In this document: positions 29,521 through 38,083 of the stretch, one piece after another
Numbering within the stretch: the stretch's first letter is position 1
How the letters are laid out: each line of letters starts with the position of its first letter
Assembly: GCA_038209745.1 (NCBI GenBank)
Contig: JBBQXJ010000020.1
Coordinates: 1-60,280, forward strand
Reading direction: 5' to 3'
Length of the DNA stretch: 60,280 nucleotides
Source: Verrucomicrobiota bacterium
Lineage (GTDB): Bacteria > Verrucomicrobiota > Verrucomicrobiia > Limisphaerales > CANJSG01
Program-made: the position numbers and the translations under genes
The notes under the pieces: model-generated
Database searches by the model: none
Seen by the model: only the letters and a program-made list of their open reading frames with translations
Told to the model about the DNA's origin: nothing

Positions 29521-29894
29521 TCGGCATGACGGCTGCAAACATTCAAGGCGTGCCCGGATCCACGATCGGCGTGGATCTATGGATCGACCTCGCACCGCGC
29601 GACTACATGCGTGCGATGAACGTGGCCGTTCAACAGGGCGCGGAGATGATCCGCAACACCGTGGCCGTGCTGGAAGACCAGACACTGGTGAACTTCGTGT
29701 TCGAGGTGACCGGATTGCCCGCCTTCGGGCGCACCATCGGCAAGGCCAAGAAGCTCCGGTGGGGCGGGGTTCTGGTGGATGTTCTCCCGCTGGATCTCAT
29801 CGCCAAGAGCAAGCGGGCGGTCGGCCGCCCCAAAGACCTGTTGCATCTGGAGTTGATCCGCCAGGCGCAGGCTGTCGGGAGGAAGAACAAATGA
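29442..29894 (+). CDS. Minimal pol-beta-type nucleotidyltransferase (DUF6036-like); first catalytic Asp replaced by Gly
   Basis: RFQVIGMTAANIQGVPGSTIGVDLW and C-terminal LI.SKRAVGRPKD. Start uncertain (TTG 29442 or ATG 29481). Confidence 0.7.
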   Translation: MADERQLPPLGRLMGALRAEKIRFQVIGMTAANIQGVPGSTIGVDLWIDLAPRDYMRAMNVAVQQGAEMIRNTVAVLEDQTLVNFVFEVTGLPAFGRTIGKAKKLRWGGVLVDVLPLDLIAKSKRAVGRPKDLLHLELIRQAQAVGRKNK

Positions 29895-29896
29895 AG

Positions 29897-29970
29897 TGGT
29901 TGCCAGACATGGATTCGAACCATGACAAAGAGATTCAGAGTCTCTTGTGCTACCGTTACACCATCTGGCA
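29897..29970 (-). tRNA. tRNA-Gln (CTG)
   Basis: Minus strand TGCCAGA...GTGTAACGGTAGCAC..AGAGA-CTCTGAA-TCTCT..CATGG-TTCGAAT-CCATG-TCTGGCA-ACCA: full cloverleaf with encoded CCA. Confidence 0.97.
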
Positions 29971-29984
29971 GGGACGGGACGCGG

Positions 29985-30012
29985 AGGCTAAGAAATCCTT
30001 TCGAGGTGTCAA
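29985..30012 (-). promoter_or_regulatory. sigma70 promoter for tRNA-Gln, antisense to the nuo operon
   Basis: Minus strand TTGACA-16 bp-TAGCCT, followed by a GC-rich discriminator before the tRNA 5' end. Confidence 0.7.
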
Positions 30013-30027
30013 GGCGACAGACTGATT

Positions 30028-31449
30028 ATGCCAGAAGAATTTCGTCTCATCCTGAAGAACGCGGACCTCCCGGGCTACAACCCCGACATGGAGTGCTATC
30101 TGCGGCACGGCGGCTACGAAGCGCTCAAGAAGGCGCTGGCCACTCAGCCCCGCGATTTGGCCGACGGCAAAAAGCTCTCGCCCCAGGAAGCCGTCCGGGA
30201 CGACGTCAAGGCGTCCGGTCTCCGGGGTCGGGGCGGGGCCGGGTTCTCCTGCGGGCTCAAGTGGAGCTTCGTCGATCGCCGCAGCGGCAAACCCATTTAT
30301 CTCATCTGCAATGCGGACGAATCCGAGCCGGGCACGTTCAAGGACCGGCAGATCATCCACAAGGATCCCCACCAGTTGATCGAGGGGATGCTCATTTCCT
30401 GTTGGGCCAACGACGTGAAGCTGGCCTACATCTACATCCGGGGCGAGATGCCGGGAGGAGCCAGGCTGCTCAACCGAGCGCTAAAGGAAGCGCGTGAAAA
30501 GGGGTTTCTCGGGAAGAACATTCTCGGTTCCGGCTTCGACTGCGAAATATACGTCCATCGCGGCGCGGGTGCCTACATCTGTGGCGAAGAGACCGGCTTG
30601 ATCGAGTCGCTGGAGGGCAAGCGCGCCTACCCGCGGATCAAGCCCCCGTATTTCCCGGCGGTGCTTGGTCTCTACATGTGCCCGACGATCGTGAACAACG
30701 TGGAGACTCTCTGCAACGTGAAGCACATCGTCACGATGGGCGCCGGCGAATACGCCAAGCTCGGCACCCCGAACAACACGGGCACGCGCATCGTCAGTCT
30801 CAGCGGCGACGTCAAGCGCCCCGGCTATTACGAAGTCGAAGTTGGCAAGGTCACGCTCGGCGAATTGATCATGCACGAGAACTTCGGCCAGGGGCTGAAG
30901 GACGGCCGCTCGATCAAGGCGATCATTCCCGGTGGATCCTCCTCCAAGGTGTTGAAGGCCGGCGAAGTTTTCAAACTCAAGCGCAAGGGTGCCGATGGTC
31001 AGATGGCGACGGTCGAAGTGCCGCTGATGGATCTGCCCTACGATTTCGATTCTCTCCAAGGCGCCGGCACGATGTCCGGTTCCGGCGCGATCATCGTCAT
31101 GGACGACACTCGGAGCATGGTCGACTCCCTGGCCAATCTTTCGGAATTCTACGCCCACGAAAGCTGCGGGCAATGCACTCCGTGCCGTGAAGGCGCGCTG
31201 TGGATGGCCAAAGGCCTGCATCGCATGACGCACGGCGAAGGCCGCAAGGCGGACGCCGAGTATCTCCGCCATATCGCTCAGAACATCCAGGGCCGAACCA
31301 TCTGCGCCTTCGGCGAAGCCGCCGCCTGGCCGGTGCTTAGCTTCTTGAAAAAGTTCGGCGACGAGTTTGAGGCCCGCAGTGCCGCCGACGAAGCGAAGCG
31401 TGCTCCCGGCGGAGCCCCGATGAAGATGGCCGCCGCTCCCCAGCACTGA
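30028..31449 (+). CDS. nuoF: NADH-quinone oxidoreductase subunit F
   Basis: SGLRGRGGAGF, CNADESEPGTFKDR, GAGAYICGEET, ESCGQCTPCREG. Confidence 0.97.
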   Translation: MPEEFRLILKNADLPGYNPDMECYLRHGGYEALKKALATQPRDLADGKKLSPQEAVRDDVKASGLRGRGGAGFSCGLKWSFVDRRSGKPIYLICNADESEPGTFKDRQIIHKDPHQLIEGMLISCWANDVKLAYIYIRGEMPGGARLLNRALKEAREKGFLGKNILGSGFDCEIYVHRGAGAYICGEETGLIESLEGKRAYPRIKPPYFPAVLGLYMCPTIVNNVETLCNVKHIVTMGAGEYAKLGTPNNTGTRIVSLSGDVKRPGYYEVEVGKVTLGELIMHENFGQGLKDGRSIKAIIPGGSSSKVLKAGEVFKLKRKGADGQMATVEVPLMDLPYDFDSLQGAGTMSGSGAIIVMDDTRSMVDSLANLSEFYAHESCGQCTPCREGALWMAKGLHRMTHGEGRKADAEYLRHIAQNIQGRTICAFGEAAAWPVLSFLKKFGDEFEARSAADEAKRAPGGAPMKMAAAPQH

Positions 31450-31455
31450 TTTTCC

Positions 31456-33177
31456 ATGTCCAACGCCGCGACAACCGAAACCAAGCCCGCCGCTCCCGCG
31501 GCGACTCCACCGGTCGAGACCCTCAAGATCAAGGTGGACGGTCGTGAGGTCGACGTGCCGAAGACGATGCCCGATTGGGAAGGCAATATGGTCCCCACGA
31601 CCATGCTCCAGGCCTGCCAGCTCGCCGCCCAGGAAGTGCCGCACTACTGCTATCATCCGAAGCTCCCGGTGGCCGGCAATTGCCGCATGTGCCTCATCGA
31701 GTTCGGCACGCCCGCGATGGGGCCGGACCGCAAGCCCGTGTTCAACGAGGATGGGACACCGAAGATCTCCCGCTCCGTTCTGCCCTACGAGCCGTCGACA
31801 TCGCGCGGTGCCATCGCCTGCGCGACTCCGATTTCGCCCGGAATGGAGCTTTATCCGGGTTCGACCGCGACGAAGCAGATGCGTGAGGCGGTGCTGGAAT
31901 CGCTCCTGATCAACCACCCGCTCGACTGTTCGATCTGCGACCAGGCCGGCGAGTGCAAGCTCCAGGAATACTCGGTCCAATACGGCCAGGCCGAGAGCAG
32001 TTTCGTCGAAACCAAGGTCCACAAGCCGAAGGCCGTCGATCTCGGGCCGCGCATCATGCTCGACGACGAGCGTTGCGTGCTCTGCACCCGCTGCATCCGT
32101 TTCACCAAGGACATCGCCGGCGACGACGCCCTAGGCATCGTCAATCGCGGATCCTACAACACGATCTCCGCGTTTCCGGGGTCCACGTTCGACAACAACT
32201 ACACGCTCAACACGGTGGACATCTGTCCGGTGGGCGCGCTCACGTCGAAGGATTTCCGGTTCCAGATGCGCGTCTGGTTCCTGAAGGAAACCAAGAGCCT
32301 TTGCACGAGCTGCGGCACCGGCTGCAACACCGTCGTCGGCTCCCGCGAAGACAAGGTCTACCGCTACGAGCCGCGCCAGAACGACGCCGTCAACTCGACG
32401 TGGATGTGCGACTCGGGCCGTCTGAACTACAAATGGATCGGACGGGAAGACCGGTTGCAGGACGTGGTCGTTCGTGGCCAGAAGTCCACCTGGATCACCG
32501 CGCTGAAGGAGATTTCCGTTACGCTGGCCAAAGCGGAGCAGGGAAGCGTGGCTGTGATCGCCAGCGCACGGCAGACGACCGAGGAACTCTACTTGCTCAA
32601 GAAACTTGCGACGAAGCTGGGTGCTTTGACCGACTCGGTCGCTCGCTTCGGAGAGGCCGACAAGCTGCTTGTGGCCGCCGACAGGAACCCGAACAGCAGC
32701 GGCGCGCGCCTGACGGGCATCGCCGGCGCGGAACTCGGAGGGAGCCTTTCCAAGATCGCCGACGGCATTCGCTGCGGAGCGATAAAGACGTTGGTCGTCT
32801 TCGGTGAGGACGTGACCAAGGCCGGCATTTCCGCGGAGCTGCTCGGCAAGCTGGAGACGCTGATCGTTTCCGACATTCTCCCGAACGCCACCACGGCGGC
32901 CGCCCATTATTTGCTGCCCGGCTGCGCCCACGCCGAGAAGCGCGGCACGTTCGTCAACGTGAAGGGCCGGCTGCAGAAATTCGTGAAGGCCGTCGAGCCC
33001 AAGGGCGATGCGCGTCCCGAATGGGAGTTCCTGCACGAGCTGGTCCACAACGTGACCGGACAGAACGGTTTCATGAGCATCGAGGGTCTCTTCAACCAGA
33101 TGGCGAAGGAAGTGCCCGGATTCTCCGGAATCGAGTGGGCTCGCATCGGAGACCTCGGAGTGAATACACAGGCTTAA
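31456..33177 (+). CDS. nuoG: NADH-quinone oxidoreductase subunit G (short form)
   Basis: HYCYHP, GNCRMCL, NHPLDCSICDQAGECKLQ, RCVLCTRCIRF, CPVGAL, CTSCGTGC. Confidence 0.94.
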   Translation: MSNAATTETKPAAPAATPPVETLKIKVDGREVDVPKTMPDWEGNMVPTTMLQACQLAAQEVPHYCYHPKLPVAGNCRMCLIEFGTPAMGPDRKPVFNEDGTPKISRSVLPYEPSTSRGAIACATPISPGMELYPGSTATKQMREAVLESLLINHPLDCSICDQAGECKLQEYSVQYGQAESSFVETKVHKPKAVDLGPRIMLDDERCVLCTRCIRFTKDIAGDDALGIVNRGSYNTISAFPGSTFDNNYTLNTVDICPVGALTSKDFRFQMRVWFLKETKSLCTSCGTGCNTVVGSREDKVYRYEPRQNDAVNSTWMCDSGRLNYKWIGREDRLQDVVVRGQKSTWITALKEISVTLAKAEQGSVAVIASARQTTEELYLLKKLATKLGALTDSVARFGEADKLLVAADRNPNSSGARLTGIAGAELGGSLSKIADGIRCGAIKTLVVFGEDVTKAGISAELLGKLETLIVSDILPNATTAAAHYLLPGCAHAEKRGTFVNVKGRLQKFVKAVEPKGDARPEWEFLHELVHNVTGQNGFMSIEGLFNQMAKEVPGFSGIEWARIGDLGVNTQA

Positions 33178-33183
33178 CCGCAA

Positions 33184-34326
33184 ATGGACTGGATCCCTCT
33201 ATTGCTCATTGTCGCGAAGGCCGTCGGGTTCTTCCTCGTGATGATCACCGTCGTCGCCTATTCGGTGTTGGCGGAGCGCAAGATCGCGGCCTTCATCCAG
33301 GACCGCGTGGGCCCGAACCGTGTCAGCCTGCCGCTCATCGGCAGCATTCCGGTGCTTGGCCCATTTCTGACCCGTGTCGGCATCTGGCAGCCGCTGGTGG
33401 ACGGCGTGAAGACCTTCCTCAAGGAAGACTTCACTCCGAGCTACGTTCGCAAGGCCTACTTCTGGCTCGCCCCCGCGATGACCGCCGTGCCTTCCGTGCT
33501 TGTTTTCGCCGTGATCCCGTTCGGCTCGATGCTCGGTGACCAGCACATGGTCATCGCCAACCTCAACGTCGGCATCCTCTTCACTTTCGGCATCGTCTCC
33601 CTGGGGGTCTACGGCGTGGTGATGGCGGGTTACGCGTCGAACTCCAAGTTCCCGCTGCTCGGCAGTATCCGTTCCAGCGCCCAGATGATCTCCTACGAGC
33701 TGGCCATGGGCATGTCCGTGATCCCGCTGGTCATGATCGTGTCCCACGCGAGCCTCAGCGGTGCGGCCGGCTCCGGCTGGGAAGGCTATTTGAGCGGCAC
33801 GGACGACATGAACCTGACCCGCTTCGTCGCGTGGCAGGCGCAGAACGGATGGCTCGTCTTCTGGGCACCGCTCTCGTTCATCATCTTCCTCGTCTCGGCT
33901 TTCGCGGAAACCAACCGCACTCCTTTCGATCTTCCCGAGTGCGAAACCGAACTCGTGTCCGGCTACCACACCGAATACAGCTCGATGCGGTTCGCCCTCT
34001 TCATGATCGCAGAGAACGCCAACATCGTGGCCGCAGCCTCGATGATGGTGACCCTGTTCTTCGGCGGTTGGAGCGGTCTGAACATCTACGGCTGGAACCT
34101 GACCGCGTTCCTGAACCATCCAGCGGAGACCGTCTGGATGGGCGTCGGCCACATCGCGCTTTTCATGGCCAAGGTCGTCGCGCTGGTCTGTCTGTTCATC
34201 TGGGTGCGGTGGATGCTTCCGCGCTTCCGCTACGACCAGCTCATGGATCTCGGATGGCGCCGGTTCATGCCGCTCGCCCTGGCCAACATCGTCATCACGG
34301 CCTTCGTGCTGTATTTCCGGCACTGA
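33184..34326 (+). CDS. nuoH: NADH-quinone oxidoreductase subunit H
   Basis: ERK.AAFIQDRVGPNR, QP..DG.K...KE, AQMISYE, AETNRTPFDLPE, PRFRYDQLM. Confidence 0.97.
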   Translation: MDWIPLLLIVAKAVGFFLVMITVVAYSVLAERKIAAFIQDRVGPNRVSLPLIGSIPVLGPFLTRVGIWQPLVDGVKTFLKEDFTPSYVRKAYFWLAPAMTAVPSVLVFAVIPFGSMLGDQHMVIANLNVGILFTFGIVSLGVYGVVMAGYASNSKFPLLGSIRSSAQMISYELAMGMSVIPLVMIVSHASLSGAAGSGWEGYLSGTDDMNLTRFVAWQAQNGWLVFWAPLSFIIFLVSAFAETNRTPFDLPECETELVSGYHTEYSSMRFALFMIAENANIVAAASMMVTLFFGGWSGLNIYGWNLTAFLNHPAETVWMGVGHIALFMAKVVALVCLFIWVRWMLPRFRYDQLMDLGWRRFMPLALANIVITAFVLYFRH

Positions 34327-34344
34327 ACGAACAGAGACACCGCC

Positions 34345-34905
34345 ATGATCGTTGAACGCAAAAAACTGAGCTTCTGGGAACGCCTCTACGTGCCGGCGCT
34401 CATTGGTGGCTTCAAGGTCACCTGGAAGCATTTCTTCAACACGGTCTCCGGCCGCACCAAAGTCACGCAGCAGTATCCGGAGGAGAAGACCATCGTCCCG
34501 CCGAACTACCGCGGCGCGCCCTATCTGGTGAAGGACCAGGAGGGCGACACCAAGTGCGTGAGCTGCCAGCTCTGTGAGTTCGTCTGTCCTCCGAAGGCGA
34601 TCAAGATCACGCCGCCCGGAGCCAATGGCCAAGGGGCCGACCGGGCGAACGCCGAGAAGATGCCCCGCGAATTCGAGATCAACATGCTCCGATGCATCTT
34701 CTGCGGCCTGTGCCAGGAAGTCTGCCCGGAGGAGGCGATCTTTCTGCAGAAGGATTTCTCCCTGACGGCCCTGACCCGCGGCGAAATGATCTACAACAAG
34801 GAAAAGCTCCTCAGCCTCGGCGGCACCCACGGCGGCATCCAGAAGTGGAAGCACAAGCTGGAAGAGGCCAGGGAGCAGGAAGTGTTTCCGGTCAACCAGA
34901 ACTAG
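34345..34905 (+). CDS. nuoI: NADH-quinone oxidoreductase subunit I
   Basis: QYPEE, CVSCQLCEFVCP, CIFCGLCQEVCP. Confidence 0.96.
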   Translation: MIVERKKLSFWERLYVPALIGGFKVTWKHFFNTVSGRTKVTQQYPEEKTIVPPNYRGAPYLVKDQEGDTKCVSCQLCEFVCPPKAIKITPPGANGQGADRANAEKMPREFEINMLRCIFCGLCQEVCPEEAIFLQKDFSLTALTRGEMIYNKEKLLSLGGTHGGIQKWKHKLEEAREQEVFPVNQN

Positions 34906-34920
34906 GCCCAGGCTCGCGCC

Positions 34921-35127
34921 ATGAACTTGAAGATCGAAATCGACCGCGAAGACGACGGACGCTGGATCGCCGATGTGGCGGATCTGCCGGGCACCTCGGT
35001 CTATGGGACGACCCGCGAAGAAGCGATCGCGAAGGCGAAGGCCCTTGCTTTGCGGGTCATCGCCGACCGCTTGGAACATGGGGAAGACATCCCCGCAACC
35101 GCCGAGATGTTTGCGGTCTCCGCATGA
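34921..35127 (+). CDS. hicB: HicB-family antitoxin (short, no DNA-binding domain)
   Basis: EDDGRWIADVADLPG...YG.TREEA motif. Confidence 0.85.
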   Translation: MNLKIEIDREDDGRWIADVADLPGTSVYGTTREEAIAKAKALALRVIADRLEHGEDIPATAEMFAVSA

Positions 35128-35339
35128 GCCAATGGCGATCCGCCAAGTCCCGCCAAGTCCTCGCCGCGCTGTTGCGGATCGGATGGACGTTGAAGCGGGC
35201 TTCGGGCGGATCGCACAAGATTTTGAACCGGCCCGATTGGCCAGACTACGTGTTTGCGTTTCACGACAACGACGAAATCGGTCCGGTGATGATGGCGAAG
35301 ATCGCCAAGCGCACCGGCCTGAAACCTGAAGACCTTTGA
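35124..35339 (+). CDS. hicA: HicA-family toxin (RNase)
   Basis: 71 aa; L.RIGW...R..GGSH, H...EIG...M.KI.K..GL; ATGA overlap with hicB. Confidence 0.87.
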   Translation: MSQWRSAKSRQVLAALLRIGWTLKRASGGSHKILNRPDWPDYVFAFHDNDEIGPVMMAKIAKRTGLKPEDL

Positions 35340-35342
35340 CGA

Positions 35343-35852
35343 ATGCCAGCCACTGCTGACCTGTTCTTCTATCTGTTCGCCTTCATGACGCTGTTTTGCG
35401 GCGTCATGGTGGTCGTGAACCCGTTCAGCCGGAACCCGGTGACCAGCGCCGTCTTCCTTGTGCTGACCATCCTCTCGATGTCCGGGCTCTTCATTCTGCT
35501 CCACGCCTTCTTCCTCGCGGCCGTGCAGGTCATCGTCTACGCGGGCGCGGTCATTGTTCTCTTCCTCTTTGTCATCATGTTGCTCGACCTGAAAGAAGAG
35601 GAGCGGCGCAAGATCAAGGTCGTCAGCGCCAGCATCGGAAGCTTGGCGGTTCTGGCGATCGCCGGGCTGTTCGTGAAGTCGATCCACGAAACCCGGACCG
35701 CCTCGCTGCCTCTGCCGTTTGTCGAAGGGACCGTGTCCAAACTGGGCGCGGAGCTTTTCACCCGTTTCCTTCTGCCGTTCGAGATCGTCTCCATTCTCCT
35801 GTTGGTGGCGATGATCGGCGTGATTCTCCTCAGCAAAAAGGACCTGAAATGA
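35343..35852 (+). CDS. nuoJ: NADH-quinone oxidoreductase subunit J
   Basis: [35 protein letters not shown]. Confidence 0.95.
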   Translation: MPATADLFFYLFAFMTLFCGVMVVVNPFSRNPVTSAVFLVLTILSMSGLFILLHAFFLAAVQVIVYAGAVIVLFLFVIMLLDLKEEERRKIKVVSASIGSLAVLAIAGLFVKSIHETRTASLPLPFVEGTVSKLGAELFTRFLLPFEIVSILLLVAMIGVILLSKKDLK

Positions 35853-36187
35853 TCCTGGCCGCCGCCGAACTGTCCAGTCTGCCCCCCGTCGGGCTGCAGC
35901 ATTATCTCGTGGTGAGCGCGCTGCTCTTCAGCCTCGGGCTGCTGGGAGTGCTCGTCCGCCGGAACATCCTCGTGATGTATATGTCGCTCGAGCTGATGCT
36001 CAACGCGGCGAACCTGGCGCTCGTCTCGTTTTCCCGCTTCAACAACAACCTCGATGGCCAGGTGATGGTCTTCTTCATCATCACCGTGGCCGCCGCCGAA
36101 GTGGCGGTCGGACTGGCCCTCATCGTGGCGCTCTACCGCAAGCGCCAGACGGCCCACGTCGAGGATCTCGCCACCCTGAAGCTGTAG
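35849..36187 (+). CDS. nuoK: NADH-quinone oxidoreductase subunit K
   Basis: RRN...[28 protein letters not shown] overlap with nuoJ. Confidence 0.96.
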   Translation: MILAAAELSSLPPVGLQHYLVVSALLFSLGLLGVLVRRNILVMYMSLELMLNAANLALVSFSRFNNNLDGQVMVFFIITVAAAEVAVGLALIVALYRKRQTAHVEDLATLKL

Positions 36188-36191
36188 CCCG

Positions 36192-38081
36192 ATGAAACCC
36201 GAACTGCTTCCCTGGCTCATCCTGTTTTTGCCGCTGGCTTCCGCCGCGGTCATCACCCTCTTCACCCGCAAAGCGAAGGGCGTCAGCGCCGCCCTGTCGG
36301 TTGGCGCCATCGGGGTGGCTTTTCTCTTCAGCCTGGTCCTCTTCGCCCAGACCGGCGGCAAGGCGTTCGTGTCGCCTTTGCTCAACTCGGAGTGGATCCA
36401 CCTCGAAGACTTCGGCGTGGACCCGACCTCGGTGGTGATCAACTTCGGCTTCACCATCGATCCGCTCAGCCAGTTGATGCTCCTGATCGTCACCGGGGTC
36501 GGCACGGCGATCCACGTGTTCTCCTGGGGCTACATGCACGATGATCGGGCGGTCTCGCGCTACTTCGCCTCGCTGAGCCTCTTCTGCTTCTCGATGCTCG
36601 GCATCGTCCTCGCGAACAACCTGGTGATGATGTTCATCTTCTGGGAGCTGGTCGGCGTGTCGTCCTATCTGCTGATCGGCTACTGGTATGAGAAGCCTTC
36701 GGCGGCCGACGCCTGCAAAAAAGCCTTCATCACGAACCGCCTCGGCGACTTCGGTTTCATTCTCGGCATCCTGATGGTCTGGGGGATCCTCGGAACTTTC
36801 GGCTTCGGTCAGCTCCAGGAAAAGATCGCCGCGAATCCCGCTGCGCTCGGGGCCGCCGCGACTTGCGCCGGTCTCCTCATCTTCTGCGGCGCGATGGGCA
36901 AGTCCGCCCAGTTCCCGCTCCACGTCTGGCTGGCGGACGCGATGGAAGGCCCGACGCCCGTCTCCGCCTTGATCCATGCGGCGACGATGGTGGCCGCCGG
37001 CGTCTACATGCTTTGCCGGGTGTTCTTCCTCTTCACGCCGGATGCGCTCTGCGTGATCTCCTGGATCGGCGCCTTTACCTCGATCATCGCCGCGCTGGTC
37101 GCCGTTCAGCAGAACGACATCAAACGCATTCTCGCCTACTCCACCCTCTCCCAGCTCGGCTACATGGTCATGGCCGTCGGCGCCTCCAAGCCCGATGCCG
37201 CGATGTATCACCTGACGACGCACGCCTTCTTCAAGGCGATGCTCTTCCTCGGGGCCGGCTCGGTGATCCACGCTTGCCACCACGAGCAGGACATCTGGGA
37301 AATGGGCGGCCTAAAGAAGAAGATGCCGGTGACCTTCTGGACCTTCTTGATCGGAACCTTCGCCCTGTGCGGTGTTCCCCCTTTCAGTGGTTTCTACAGC
37401 AAGGACGGCATCCTTTCCGCGGCGAACCATGCCAGTCCCTTCCTCTTCGCCGTCTCCGTGATCGTGGCCGCGCTGACCGCGTTCTACATGGCGCGCCTGT
37501 TCATCATCGCGTTCCTCGGCGAGGCCCGGTCGGAGCACGCGAAGCACGCCCACGAATCTCCCGGCATAATGAAATGGCCGCTGGTCGCGTTGGCGGTTCC
37601 CTCCACCGTGGCCGGATTCTTCGGGCTGAACTATTTCCTCGGCGACTTCTTCGGAAGCGAGCAGCACGGTCACTACCAGTTCCTGAACGAGATCCTCGGA
37701 CCCATCGGCCATGATCCGCTGGCCGCGTTCTTCGGCATCTTCGCGACCCTCATCGGATTCGCCTTCGCGTGGCTCTGCTACAACGGCGCCGACCGAGACG
37801 TGCTGGTGACCAGGCTGGGGATTCTCTCCCGCGCCATGGCGAATCGGTTCTATTTCGACGAGATCTACGCGTTCCTGATCAAGATCACCCACGAAGCCGT
37901 CTCTCGTCTTTCGAACTTCATCGATCGCTGGATCATCTCCGGTCTGTTCGTCCGGGGCACCCACGGAAGCGTGGAGCTGACGGGCCGCGCGCTGCGACTG
38001 CTCCAGACCGGCAACATCCAAACCTACGCCCTGCTGTTCGTCGCGGGCGTCGTCCTCGTGCTTCTGATCGCGCTCAAATAG
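36192..38081 (+). CDS. nuoL: NADH-quinone oxidoreductase subunit L
   Basis: FWELVG..SY.LIG, KAF.TNR.GD, GKSAQFPLH.WL.DAMEGPTPVSALIHAATMV, DIKRILAYST. Confidence 0.97.
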   Translation: MKPELLPWLILFLPLASAAVITLFTRKAKGVSAALSVGAIGVAFLFSLVLFAQTGGKAFVSPLLNSEWIHLEDFGVDPTSVVINFGFTIDPLSQLMLLIVTGVGTAIHVFSWGYMHDDRAVSRYFASLSLFCFSMLGIVLANNLVMMFIFWELVGVSSYLLIGYWYEKPSAADACKKAFITNRLGDFGFILGILMVWGILGTFGFGQLQEKIAANPAALGAAATCAGLLIFCGAMGKSAQFPLHVWLADAMEGPTPVSALIHAATMVAAGVYMLCRVFFLFTPDALCVISWIGAFTSIIAALVAVQQNDIKRILAYSTLSQLGYMVMAVGASKPDAAMYHLTTHAFFKAMLFLGAGSVIHACHHEQDIWEMGGLKKKMPVTFWTFLIGTFALCGVPPFSGFYSKDGILSAANHASPFLFAVSVIVAALTAFYMARLFIIAFLGEARSEHAKHAHESPGIMKWPLVALAVPSTVAGFFGLNYFLGDFFGSEQHGHYQFLNEILGPIGHDPLAAFFGIFATLIGFAFAWLCYNGADRDVLVTRLGILSRAMANRFYFDEIYAFLIKITHEAVSRLSNFIDRWIISGLFVRGTHGSVELTGRALRLLQTGNIQTYALLFVAGVVLVLLIALK

Positions 38082-38083
38082 CC

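Noticed and set aside
29280..29900. Integrated element with att duplication of the tRNA 3' end
   Set aside because: No repeat of the tRNA 3' sequence is visible near nuoE and there is no integrase in the window, so it is not called as a mobile element
33199..35079. 626-aa minus-strand ORF, and similar long antisense ORFs (30481-32022, 26761-28017, 24730-26178, 49242-50795, 57329-58738, 7847-9058)
   Set aside because: Shadow frames of well-supported plus-strand genes in GC-rich DNA with biased codon usage; no recognisable motifs
34692..35339. 215-aa ORF suggesting a long HicA fusion
   Set aside because: The upstream part overlaps nuoI and hicB out of frame; the HicA domain starts at ATG 35124 with a typical ATGA overlap
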